Shown: positions 9,044 through 17,092 of the stretch, in pieces
How the letters are laid out: each line of letters begins with the position of its first letter
Numbering within the stretch: position 1 is the stretch's first letter
Source of the DNA: Myxococcota bacterium
GTDB taxonomy: Bacteria > Myxococcota > XYA12-FULL-58-9 > JALHOP01
Assembly (NCBI GenBank): GCA_041288095.1
Contig: JBGGMJ010000113.1
Span: forward strand, 1 to 22,093
Direction of reading: 5' to 3'
Length of the DNA: 22,093 bases
Translations under genes and position numbers: made by a program
The notes under the pieces: generated by a model
The model's input: the letters and a program-made list of their open reading frames with translations, nothing else
The model's database searches: none
Told to the model about the DNA's origin: nothing

Positions 9044-9113
9044 TCGCGCGCGGCGACTGTCACTGAGCGCTACTTCGCCCCTCCTCTCATTAAATCAGGG
9101 AGAGGGGAGGAGA

Positions 9114-9260
9114 GAGAGAAGAGGAGGGCCGTAGCCGGCACCGGAGCCTGTCAGCCCGAGCCCCCGCAGGCGGAGCGCGCCAGCGGAGCTCCTTACGCCC
9201 GCCGAGGACAGGCGCGGGATGACAGGCGAGGAGCGCAAGGCGAAGGCACTCCGTTCGCTC
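9114..9260 (+). repeat. Rod-shaped palindromic element, copy B (inverted relative to A)
   Basis: GAGAGAAGAGGAGGGCCGTAGCCGGCACCGGAGC, then a hairpin with arms 9146-9162/9211-9227 (15/17 complementary), then GAGGAGCGCAAGGCGAAGGCACTCCGTTCGCTC. Confidence 0.8.
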
Positions 9261-9288
9261 TACCGACCGCGCTCAATCACCCCACCGC

Positions 9289-9870
9289 CTACAAGTCCCA
9301 AATATGAAGCGCGTGCGTCTTCCCATTGAGGTCATAACGAACCACGCTGCTCGCCGAAGAGCTCACCTCATCCGCCCGGTACGCAATCAGCCGCCCCCCC
9401 GGGGTCAGCCACCGGAGGCAGCTCTTGAGGTCGCCTTCGTCGGAGAAGGTCGCACGCGTGACCACGTTGGCGAACTGTTCGGGAGGGGTGTCCTCGGAGC
9501 GCCCGATGCGGGTGCGGACGTTGCCCAGGCCGAGGCGCGTGGCGGCAACGTCGAGGAAGGTGGTTCGCTTCTGGCGGGGCTCGACGAGGAGGTAGCGACG
9601 CTCGGGGGCGACGATGGCGAGGGGGATCCCGGGGTAGCCGGCGCCGGAGCCGAGGTCAACGACGGACCCGGGCTTGAGGTGGGGGAGGCCGGCGAGGGAG
9701 TCGGCATAGTGGACCCAGGCCGCCTCGCGATCATTTTTGATCGCGGTCAAATTGACACGCTCGTTCCAGGCCAGGACCAGGCGCCAGTGCTCCTCGCAGA
9801 GACGGTACTGGTCGTCCGAAAACGCAGACTGGGTGGCTTCGCGAAGGGTCGGCTCGAACGAAGGTTTCAC
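9289..9870 (-). CDS. rsmG: 16S rRNA m7G527 methyltransferase RsmG (GidB)
   Basis: WNERVNLTA, HYADSL, VVDLGSGAGYPG, VEPRQKR, VTRA, plus the canonical position between mnmG and parA. GTG 9870 is the first possible start after an in-frame TAA five codons upstream. Confidence 0.95.
   Translation of the reverse strand: MKPSFEPTLREATQSAFSDDQYRLCEEHWRLVLAWNERVNLTAIKNDREAAWVHYADSLAGLPHLKPGSVVDLGSGAGYPGIPLAIVAPERRYLLVEPRQKRTTFLDVAATRLGLGNVRTRIGRSEDTPPEQFANVVTRATFSDEGDLKSCLRWLTPGGRLIAYRADEVSSSASSVVRYDLNGKTHALHIWDL
9729..9743. promoter_or_regulatory. GATC-RTTTTT-GATCG motif, copy 3 (inside rsmG)
   Basis: cgcGATCATTTTTGATCgcg, encoding I-K-N-D with AT-rich codons AAA AAT GAT. Confidence 0.5.
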
Positions 9871-9878
9871 GTGAAACC
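9863..9878. promoter_or_regulatory. parS: parS centromere site 1
   Basis: Perfect palindrome GGTTTCACGTGAAACC matching the chromosomal parS consensus tGTTtCACGTGAAACa, about 1.2 kb from parA. Confidence 0.95.
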
Positions 9879-9879
9879 A

Positions 9880-9908
9880 TCTTTAGCGCCCCGACCAGGT
9901 CGGGCCAA
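9880..9908 (-). promoter_or_regulatory. Candidate sigma70-type promoter of rsmG (TTGGCC-N17-TAAAGA)
   Basis: -35 at 9908-9903 and -10 at 9885-9880, lying between the two parS sites. Motif match only. Confidence 0.45.
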
Positions 9909-9910
9909 AA

Positions 9911-9926
9911 TGTTTCACGTGAAACA
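9911..9926. promoter_or_regulatory. parS: parS centromere site 2
   Basis: Exact consensus TGTTTCACGTGAAACA. The palindrome extends to 18 bp (9910-9927). Confidence 0.97.
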
Positions 9927-11296
9927 TGCGTCACGTCGTTCGCCGGAACGACGGATCCCGGGCACCGATAACGCTGGGCTTGCTTCGCATCTCCACACCC
10001 GTAAGGCCTGCGTGGCCCCCCATCGGCGCCCCCCTCCAGGAGCCTACGAAGGCCCAGTGGAAAGTCCCGCTGGGCCCCCTGCAGGTCGGAGCCGCGCTGC
10101 CTCTCCTCGAAGTCCACTCGCTCACGCAGCGGGCCGCGACTGGGCTCCTGAGCAACATCGTCGAGCATCCCACCGGCCGCTACCTGAGCGCCGGCCAGCA
10201 CCAATTTCGCTCCCTGTGGAGTCGCGACTTCTGCTGGTCAGTTCCGGGGCTGCTCACCATCGATCGAGGGGATGTCGTGCGCGACCACTTGCGACTCCTC
10301 ATCAGCTCCGCCCATCCGGAAACCGGGCTGGTGCCCCGCGCTCTCGATAGCATCAACCCCAAGATGCGCGTCGTCCGCGCGACCCTCGCCTACGCCTTCG
10401 GCCTCAAGGGTGCCCAGGCCGCACCCACCAAGGACCTCGTCCCGGAGTACCACGAGCAGAACGGCCACCCCTGCATCGACGGCAACCTGCTGACGATCCT
10501 CGCGACCCTGGCCTACGTCGACGCCACTGGCGACCGCGCGTTCCTCGCCGAGCATGCACCCGCCTTGCAGCGCATCCTCCGTTTCTACGACACGCGGATT
10601 CACGACGGCCTCATCGTCCAGCCGGGCTTCTCGGACTGGCAAGACAGCGTCCGTCGCGACGGCAAGACTTTCTATACGAACCTGCTCTGGTCGGTGACCC
10701 TGACCGAGCTCGCCGAACGCGGACTCCTGGGCGTCCGTGAGCAGCAAGCCCTCGACGTCCGAACCGCCGTGCACGCCACCTTCTTCGACGAAGCCAGCGG
10801 TCTCTACCGCTCACTGGCTGAAGGGCCGCAGCTCTCCATCGACGGCAACCTCCTCGCCATCGACCTCGGCTTCCTGCGCGGCGCCCAAGCCCACTCGCTC
10901 TACGCGGCAATGAAGCGCCACCCCCTTTGGTCGGCCGCCAATGGGCTCCCCGGCGTGGTCACCATGCCCGACTATCCCTGGGAGAGCCGCAACTGGACCG
11001 TTCGCATCGTCGGTCTCGGCCACTACCATGACCGTCTCGCCTGGTCGTGGATCACGGCCATGAGCGCCAAGGTCGCCAGTCGCATGGGCGATCAACCCGA
11101 GGCCGAGCGCATCCTCGACGGACTCGATAAGCTCATCGCGCGCGACCACACCGTGGCGGAAATCTACGAACCGCAGCGTACGATGAAGCCCTGGCAACGT
11201 TGGCTGTACCACTCCGAGCGTCCCTTCTCGTGGGGCGCCGCCGCGACCCTCGACGCCGCCAGTGTCGTCGCCCGCAATCGCTCCGCCAGCGCCTAG
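9926..11296 (+). CDS. Six-hairpin (alpha/alpha)6 glycoside hydrolase, amylo-alpha-1,6-glucosidase/GDE_C-like
   Basis: YLSAGQHQFRSLWSRD, DWQDS, FYTNLLW, YHDRLAWSW, VAEIYE and FSWGAA resemble motifs of glycogen-debranching/invertase-like barrels. Start uncertain: ATG 9926 or in-frame TTG 9980. Confidence 0.8.
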   Translation: MRHVVRRNDGSRAPITLGLLRISTPVRPAWPPIGAPLQEPTKAQWKVPLGPLQVGAALPLLEVHSLTQRAATGLLSNIVEHPTGRYLSAGQHQFRSLWSRDFCWSVPGLLTIDRGDVVRDHLRLLISSAHPETGLVPRALDSINPKMRVVRATLAYAFGLKGAQAAPTKDLVPEYHEQNGHPCIDGNLLTILATLAYVDATGDRAFLAEHAPALQRILRFYDTRIHDGLIVQPGFSDWQDSVRRDGKTFYTNLLWSVTLTELAERGLLGVREQQALDVRTAVHATFFDEASGLYRSLAEGPQLSIDGNLLAIDLGFLRGAQAHSLYAAMKRHPLWSAANGLPGVVTMPDYPWESRNWTVRIVGLGHYHDRLAWSWITAMSAKVASRMGDQPEAERILDGLDKLIARDHTVAEIYEPQRTMKPWQRWLYHSERPFSWGAAATLDAASVVARNRSASA

Positions 11297-11327
11297 GCTC
11301 ATCCACGGGCAATCCGCGGCCGCATCT

Positions 11328-11356
11328 TTGCTGGCTCGACCCGCCTCAGCTATCGT
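11328..11356 (+). promoter_or_regulatory. Candidate promoter TTGCTG-N17-TATCGT
   Basis: The -10 ends 8 nt before ATG 11365 and no SD is evident. Confidence 0.4.
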
Positions 11357-11364
11357 TCAAGCCG

Positions 11365-11874
11365 ATGCCTCTCGCACGCCCAGCGGAAGCAGGTCGCGAG
11401 GTCCACAGCCTACCGCCTCGGCGTCGGCTGAGCCGACTGCTCTTGGTTGGGCTGATCGCCGTCGTCGCAGCCGACTTCTTCCTCGCTCGCTACGGCTGGG
11501 TCTACCCCCTGGTGCTCACTGCCCTCTACGTCGCGACGTTCGTCTACAGGTTCCTGGCAAGCGCCCGCCAACCGCACCTCGTGTCCATCTGCGAGAACGG
11601 CCTGGTGGTCGACAACGACGGCGTCGTGGAGTGGATCGATTGGCGCGAGCTCGCCTCGGTCGTCTTCTTCGAGACCCTGAGTGGCTCGCAGTACGACGTC
11701 AACGCCAAGGGCGTGGGCTACCGTCTGAAGCAGGGCGCCCTTGGGGAAGCGCGGCTGGAAGACATCATCGGCTTCATCATCCACCGCACCCGCTTCGAGT
11801 GGATCACCGAAACGATGGCCGCACGCCCCGAGATCCTCGAGCGCTACCGACCAACGCGCGTCGATCCCGAGTGA
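11365..11874 (+). CDS. Hypothetical membrane protein (two TM helices plus a beta-rich C-terminal domain)
   Basis: Hydrophobic LLLVGLIAVVAADFFLA and WVYPLVLTALYVATFVY, then ICENGLVVDNDGVVEWIDWRELASV, which resembles bacterial PH-like folds. Start moved to ATG 11365. Confidence 0.75.
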   Translation: MPLARPAEAGREVHSLPPRRRLSRLLLVGLIAVVAADFFLARYGWVYPLVLTALYVATFVYRFLASARQPHLVSICENGLVVDNDGVVEWIDWRELASVVFFETLSGSQYDVNAKGVGYRLKQGALGEARLEDIIGFIIHRTRFEWITETMAARPEILERYRPTRVDPE

Positions 11875-11891
11875 GCTGACGTCCTCGCGCG

Positions 11892-13751
11892 CTAAGGCTC
11901 TACAGCGACGGTCGCGCGGTGAGCATGCACGCGCAGCAACGCCAGCGCCGCGGGCGTCATCCCAGGGATGCGGCTCGCCTGTCCGAGCGACAACGGCTGC
12001 ACCGCAGCGAGCTTCTCTTGCACCTCGCGCGACAAGCCCGGCGCATCGAGATACTTCATCGACGCCGGCAAGTGGAACGACTCGAGCTCGCGCATGCGCT
12101 CGATCTGCTTGGCCTCGCGGGCGATGTAGCCAGCGTACTTGATGTCCTCGTCGATGAGCTGCACGGTGTCCGCTGGAGCAGACAGGCCGGCGCAGCGCAA
12201 GACGACTTCCGGATCGGCTTCCGGGCGACGCACGACGTCGGCGAGACGTTGGCCATGGATGCCGGTTAGAGAAGGGATGGCAGCGATCAAAGCCGCGGCG
12301 AGCTGGGCGTCGACCGGGCGATCGGCCAAGGCTGCCCGCAACGAGGTCCGCTCCGCGTCACGCGACGAGGCTGACGCGCGGCGCTCATTCGAGAGCAGGC
12401 CCCATGCGTCGGCGACCTTCCACAGCCGCTCTTCGGCGTTGGTCTCGCGCAGGGTCAGGCGGTGCTCTGACCGCGATGTGAACAAGCGATAGGGCTCGTC
12501 GACACCCTTGGTGACCAGGTCGTCGATGAGCACGCCGATGTACGCCTGGTCGCGCCCAAGCACCGCTGGCGATTCGCCACCCAACCAGCGCACCGCGTTC
12601 AAACCGGCCATGAGTCCCTGAGCCGCCGCTTCCTCGTAGCCGCTGGTGCCGTTGATCTGCCCGGCCAGGAACAGGCCCGGGGCGCACTTCACCATGAGCC
12701 GCGCGTCGAGCTGCGTCGGTTGCGCGTAGTCGTATTCGACCGCGTACCCGTACTGGAGCACGCGGGCGTTCTCGAGACCGGGGATGGTCCGGAGAAACGC
12801 GTCCTGGATGTCCTTCGGCAACGAGGTCGACAAGCCGTTCGGGTAGACCCGGTCCGAGCTCAGGCCCTCGGGCTCCAGGAAGATCTGGTGTCGCTCCTTG
12901 TCGCTAAAGCGGACCACCTTGTCCTCGAGCGACGGGCAATAGCGCGGCCCACGGCCGACGATGGTGCCGCAATACAAGGGCGAGCGATCGAGACCCGAGC
13001 GGATGATCGCGTGGGTTTCATCGTTGGTCGAGGTGATGTGGCAGGGGATCTGGCGCAGCGTCGACGGCACCTCGTCGAACGAAAAACGCGGACGCGGCTC
13101 GTCGCCATACTGCGGCTCGAGGCGCTCCCAGGCGATGGAATCCGCGGCCAAGCGCGGCGTCGTGCCCGTCTTGAAACGGCCGAGCGACACCCCGACCCGG
13201 GTCAATGCCGAGGACAGGCGCAGCGCCGCGGCATCGCCAACCCGGCCGCCGGTGAACTGCTCGCTGCCGACGTGGCAAAGCCCGTTCAGGAAGGTTCCTG
13301 TGGTGATGATCACCGCCCGGCACACCACCGCGCCGCCACGCGCCATGACGACGCCGGTCATCCGCCCCTCGGCAAAGGAGAGATCGACGACCTCGTCCTC
13401 GAGCACCGACAAGCCTGGCGCCGCCGCGATCACGTCCGTCATAGCGGAGCGATACAGCGCCGAATCCGATTGCGCCCGAGTCGAGCGCACCGCCGCTCCC
13501 CGCGAGGTGTTCAAGCGCCGGAACTGAATGCCGGTTGCGTCGGCGACCCGAGCCATGGCGCCACCCAAGGCGTCGATCTCCCGCACCACGTGACCCTTGG
13601 CGACGCCGCCAATCGCCGGGTTGCAGCTCATCTGGGCGATGCGATCGGCCCGCAGGGTCACGAGGCCGACGCGAGCGCCTAGGCGCGCCGCCGCGAGCGC
13701 CGCTTCGCAGCCCGCATGCCCGGCACCAACCACGATGACATCGAACCCCAT
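11892..13751 (-). CDS. mnmG: tRNA U34 5-carboxymethylaminomethyl modification enzyme MnmG (GidA)
   Basis: [72 protein letters not shown]. Start at ATG 13751, 8 nt after the mnmE stop. Confidence 0.97.
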   Translation of the reverse strand: MGFDVIVVGAGHAGCEAALAAARLGARVGLVTLRADRIAQMSCNPAIGGVAKGHVVREIDALGGAMARVADATGIQFRRLNTSRGAAVRSTRAQSDSALYRSAMTDVIAAAPGLSVLEDEVVDLSFAEGRMTGVVMARGGAVVCRAVIITTGTFLNGLCHVGSEQFTGGRVGDAAALRLSSALTRVGVSLGRFKTGTTPRLAADSIAWERLEPQYGDEPRPRFSFDEVPSTLRQIPCHITSTNDETHAIIRSGLDRSPLYCGTIVGRGPRYCPSLEDKVVRFSDKERHQIFLEPEGLSSDRVYPNGLSTSLPKDIQDAFLRTIPGLENARVLQYGYAVEYDYAQPTQLDARLMVKCAPGLFLAGQINGTSGYEEAAAQGLMAGLNAVRWLGGESPAVLGRDQAYIGVLIDDLVTKGVDEPYRLFTSRSEHRLTLRETNAEERLWKVADAWGLLSNERRASASSRDAERTSLRAALADRPVDAQLAAALIAAIPSLTGIHGQRLADVVRRPEADPEVVLRCAGLSAPADTVQLIDEDIKYAGYIAREAKQIERMRELESFHLPASMKYLDAPGLSREVQEKLAAVQPLSLGQASRIPGMTPAALALLRVHAHRATVAVEP

Positions 13752-13759
13752 GCGACCCG

Positions 13760-15109
13760 CTACTTCCCGATGCAAAAATCCGCGAACACCCGATCGAGCA
13801 CCGCCGCGTCGACGTTGCGCCCGAGCAGCCGCCCAAGCGCGAAGGCGCCAGCCTCCAGCAGGCTGACGACGACATCGACCGTCGCCCCAGCGCGGCACTC
13901 GTTCAAGGCCTGCTCCAAGGCCTGCGCCGCATCCTTGAGCTCGGTGACCTGGCGCTCGCGGACGACGATGATGTGGCCGGCGCGATCGTCATTGTCGGCC
14001 CCACGCGAGAGGCGCGCTCGCAGCGCCTCGACACCTTCGCCGGTGCGCGTCGAGACCCAGCCCAGCCAGACGAAGCCGCGCTTGTCGGCATCGCTCTCGA
14101 GCATCGTTCGTCGTGAAACACTCGCCTGATCGGCCTTACCACCGATGACGCGCACATCGAGCCCGGCGGGCGGCCAGACCGGTGCGTCCGGCGCCACCAC
14201 CCAGACCGCGAGATCCGCGGTGCGAGCCCGCTCCAGTGCCAAGGCGATGCCCCGGGCCTCGAGGCCAACCGCCTCTTCGCGGAAGCCCGCTGTGTCCCAG
14301 ACCGACCAGCGCTGCAGCCCTTCGGTCATCTCGACTTCGATGGGGTCCCGCGTCGTCCCGGGAGCATCATCGACCAAGACGCGCTCGCTGCCGCTCCAGG
14401 CGTTGAGCAAGCTCGACTTGCCCACGTTTGGCGCCCCGCACAAAACGACCGTTCGTGCTTTTTTGGCCTCCGGCCGCGCCCCCTCGATGAGCACGTGCAG
14501 GTCCTTGACCAGCCCGGCGACGACCTCGAGATGCTCGGCGGCAAGCCCGGCCCCCGTATCGTACTCAGGGAAGTCGAAGCTCGCGCGCCCCTCGGCCACG
14601 ACCTCTTCGAGGGCCGTCAGCATGGCGACCGCCCGCTTCGACAACGCGCCCTCGAGCTGCGCTTGGGCATGCCCGAGCTGCTTTGCGTTGGCGGCGCTGA
14701 GCACGTCGGCCACGGCTTCGGCCTGCGTCAGATCCATGCGTCCGTGAAGGAAGGCGCGCAGCGTGAATTCACCCGGCTCGGCGGGCCGCGCCCCCAGCTC
14801 GCACGATCGGGCGACGACGCTCTCGACCAGGAAACGGGCGCCATGCAGGTGCAGCTCGACCACCGGCTCACCGGTGTAGGATCGCGGCGCGTGCATCTCG
14901 CAAACCAACGCGTCATCGAGCTTGCCCCCGTCGCCATCGACGATGGTCGCGCGATGCATGACGTGAGAGCGGCGCTTGCCTGGAGCCAAGATCTGCCCGA
15001 TCTCGAGCGCCAGCCGACCCGAAAGGCGCACGATGGCCACCGCCGCCTCACCAGGAGCGGTGGCGGGGGCGACGATGGTGTCGTTCAACGTGGCGATCGG
15101 GGCCTGCAT
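13760..15109 (-). CDS. mnmE: tRNA modification GTPase MnmE (TrmE)
   Basis: [36 protein letters not shown]1 GAPNVGKS, G2 GTTRD, G3 DTAG, and C-terminal FCIGK. Start placed at ATG 15109. Confidence 0.96.
   Translation of the reverse strand: MQAPIATLNDTIVAPATAPGEAAVAIVRLSGRLALEIGQILAPGKRRSHVMHRATIVDGDGGKLDDALVCEMHAPRSYTGEPVVELHLHGARFLVESVVARSCELGARPAEPGEFTLRAFLHGRMDLTQAEAVADVLSAANAKQLGHAQAQLEGALSKRAVAMLTALEEVVAEGRASFDFPEYDTGAGLAAEHLEVVAGLVKDLHVLIEGARPEAKKARTVVLCGAPNVGKSSLLNAWSGSERVLVDDAPGTTRDPIEVEMTEGLQRWSVWDTAGFREEAVGLEARGIALALERARTADLAVWVVAPDAPVWPPAGLDVRVIGGKADQASVSRRTMLESDADKRGFVWLGWVSTRTGEGVEALRARLSRGADNDDRAGHIIVVRERQVTELKDAAQALEQALNECRAGATVDVVVSLLEAGAFALGRLLGRNVDAAVLDRVFADFCIGK
14105..14120. 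promoter_or_regulatory. Degenerate parS-like site inside mnmE
   Basis: CGTTCGTCGTGAAACA: the right half (CGTGAAACA) is perfect and the left half is degenerate. It encodes VSRRT. Confidence 0.4.
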
Positions 15110-15234
15110 CGGCCGGGCGCCATAACACAGCGCAATATCACCCGTCTCGCGCCACGCGCCGCGACGCCCGCGAAGCGCCACGGGAGGCCGCAATTTGTGT
15201 TGGCTGCCGACTTCGATGCTAGGCTCGGGCCGAC

Positions 15235-16683
15235 ATGCCGGAGATCTCCGAGACCCGCATCCACCGCCCCCGCTTCAGCCTCAGCGCCAAGCTCAGCATC
15301 GGCCTGACGCTGATCATCGGCATCCTCTTTTCGGCCATCAACGTCTGGAACATCACGACCCATCGTGAGGCCCGACGCCGCGACGCCGCCAACAATGCGA
15401 GCACCATCATGTCGATCGCCGCATCGACGCTGGTCTCCGAGCTCGCGAACACCGCGCTCCAGAGCGAGCGCTTCAAGACCGTTGTCCGCAATATCGGAAC
15501 GACCAACAAGAACCTCAACAGCGAAGACAAGACGCTCGCCTACCTCTTGGTCACCGACAACGAGCGGCGCGTCATCACCGGCTTCGCCAAGCCATCGGTC
15601 ACCGTCTTCCCGGGTGGCGTCACCTATCAAGACGAGCCCGCTGTCCTCGAAAACATCGCCAAGCTCGAAGGCAACCTCGGCGGCTTCATGCGCGCCAAGT
15701 CCTTCAAGTTCACGGTGCCGCAGACGGGCGAACAAGGCCGACTCCTCGTCGGTCTGTCACTGGCGCAGGTCGAAGCCGAAGGCCGCCGTGACCTCATCAT
15801 CAACCTCGGTGTCCTTTTCGGCGCGCTCATCGCCCTGCTCATCTACTCGAGCATGACGCTAAGCCGCATGGTCATCGCGCCGATCACCACCATCATGACC
15901 TCCATGCGCAAGCTCCGTGACGGCGACCTCACGACCCGCGCCAACATCCGGCGCAGCGACGAGATCGGCATCCTCGCCGACACCTACAACTTCATGGTCC
16001 AGGGCCTCTCCGAACGCGAGAAGCTCAAGGATGCCTTCAATCGCTACGTCTCGAAGCAGGTCTACAAACAGCTCGAGGCAGGGGCCATCACCCTCACCGG
16101 CGAGCAGCGCGACGCCACCATTCTTTTCAGCGACATCCGCAGCTTCACGGCGCTCTCCGAACAGCTTACCCCGCCCGACGTCGTCGCCATGCTCAACGAG
16201 TACTTCAACGAGATGGTCGAGATCGTCTTCAAGCACGACGGCTTCTTGAACAAGTTCATCGGCGACGCCCTCATGGCGGTCTACAACGCGCCCATCGAGC
16301 AGACCGAGCCCGAGCTGCGCGCCGTCCGCACCGCCATCGAGATGCTCGACGCCCTGCAGAAGCTCAATCAGAAGCGCACCGCCCGCGGTCAGTTCCCGCT
16401 GCGCATCGGCATCGGCATCAACACCGGCGCGGTCGTCGCCGGTAACATCGGCCACGTGCAGCGCCTCGAGTACACGGTCATCGGTGACGCCGTGAACCTG
16501 GCCCAGCGCATCGAGAGCCAGACGAAGGTCACCGGCAGCTCACTGCTCATCTCCGAAACGACCTATGCCAAGATCGCCAAGTACGTTATAGCGGAGGCCC
16601 TGCCCGCCGTGAAGATGAAGGGCAAACAAGACGCGGTGGCGCTCTACGCGGTCCAGGGACTCCGGCGTGGAGCTCCGCTCTAA
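15235..16683 (+). CDS. Membrane-bound class III adenylate cyclase (TM-sensor-TM-HAMP-cyclase)
   Basis: Two TM segments, HAMP (PITTI...GDL...RSDEIGILADTYNFM), ILFSDIRSFT, NKFIGDALM (Lys suggests ATP specificity), EYTVIGDAVNLAQRIE, MKGK. Confidence 0.94.
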   Translation: MPEISETRIHRPRFSLSAKLSIGLTLIIGILFSAINVWNITTHREARRRDAANNASTIMSIAASTLVSELANTALQSERFKTVVRNIGTTNKNLNSEDKTLAYLLVTDNERRVITGFAKPSVTVFPGGVTYQDEPAVLENIAKLEGNLGGFMRAKSFKFTVPQTGEQGRLLVGLSLAQVEAEGRRDLIINLGVLFGALIALLIYSSMTLSRMVIAPITTIMTSMRKLRDGDLTTRANIRRSDEIGILADTYNFMVQGLSEREKLKDAFNRYVSKQVYKQLEAGAITLTGEQRDATILFSDIRSFTALSEQLTPPDVVAMLNEYFNEMVEIVFKHDGFLNKFIGDALMAVYNAPIEQTEPELRAVRTAIEMLDALQKLNQKRTARGQFPLRIGIGINTGAVVAGNIGHVQRLEYTVIGDAVNLAQRIESQTKVTGSSLLISETTYAKIAKYVIAEALPAVKMKGKQDAVALYAVQGLRRGAPL

Positions 16684-16979
16684 CGGCCGATGCAGGCCTT
16701 GGCGCCGGCGGTCACCAAGTGCGCGGCCGCGAGGAACGGGCACACGAAAAGCTCGGCGGCGTCGACCACGAGGCCACCGGTCGCCATGAGCACCGGCATG
16801 TAGAAGGCGGGGATGTTGTGACCAGCGTTGTAGCCCGAGAGCATCATGTCCGGCGTGAACGCCTTGACGACGTGCCCCTTGGCGAGCTCGAGGTGACGGC
16901 TCGACGACGACTGCGCCTCTTTGGGCAGGTTGAAGAGTGAGGCACCGGCGGTAGCACTAAGCAGTTTATCGAGGTTCAT
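16680..16979 (-). CDS. Small hypothetical protein with hydrophobic C-terminus (paralog 1)
   Basis: MNLDKLLSATAG...HVVKAFTPDMM...GLVVDAAELFVCPFLAAAHLVTAGAKA. Its stop overlaps the cyclase stop, and similarity to the neighbouring ORF supports coding. Confidence 0.7.
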   Translation of the reverse strand: MNLDKLLSATAGASLFNLPKEAQSSSSRHLELAKGHVVKAFTPDMMLSGYNAGHNIPAFYMPVLMATGGLVVDAAELFVCPFLAAAHLVTAGAKACIGR

Positions 16980-17092
16980 TCTCACGACAGGTCTCCCGGA
17001 CGCGGCTCGCCCTGATTGAAAGTCGCGCTCTGTATCGGCGCCCTCGAAGCGCCCGGTCCGTGCCCCCATCTCACTCCGCCCTGCGCTCCGGA

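Noticed and set aside
8792..9045. GATC motif copies 1 and 2 as a target-site duplication around element A
   Set aside because: Not fully excluded, but a third copy lies in rsmG, element B has no such flanks, and there are no terminal inverted repeats at 8809/9028.
8843..9260. RNase P RNA or tmRNA as the identity of the ~400-nt structured region
   Set aside because: No GAGGAAAGUCC or CGGCUUA-type RNase P signatures, and no tRNA-like T-loop/CCACCA end, on either strand.
8701..9288. oriC in the rsmG-parA gap
   Set aside because: No TTATCCACA-like DnaA boxes or extended AT-rich unwinding element seen, and dnaA is not in the window.
9731..10204. ORF containing VSRET twice, and 9304..10350 containing FHVKP/MFHVKH
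   Set aside because: These peptides are just translations of the parS palindromes, and the frames overlap rsmG and the hydrolase.
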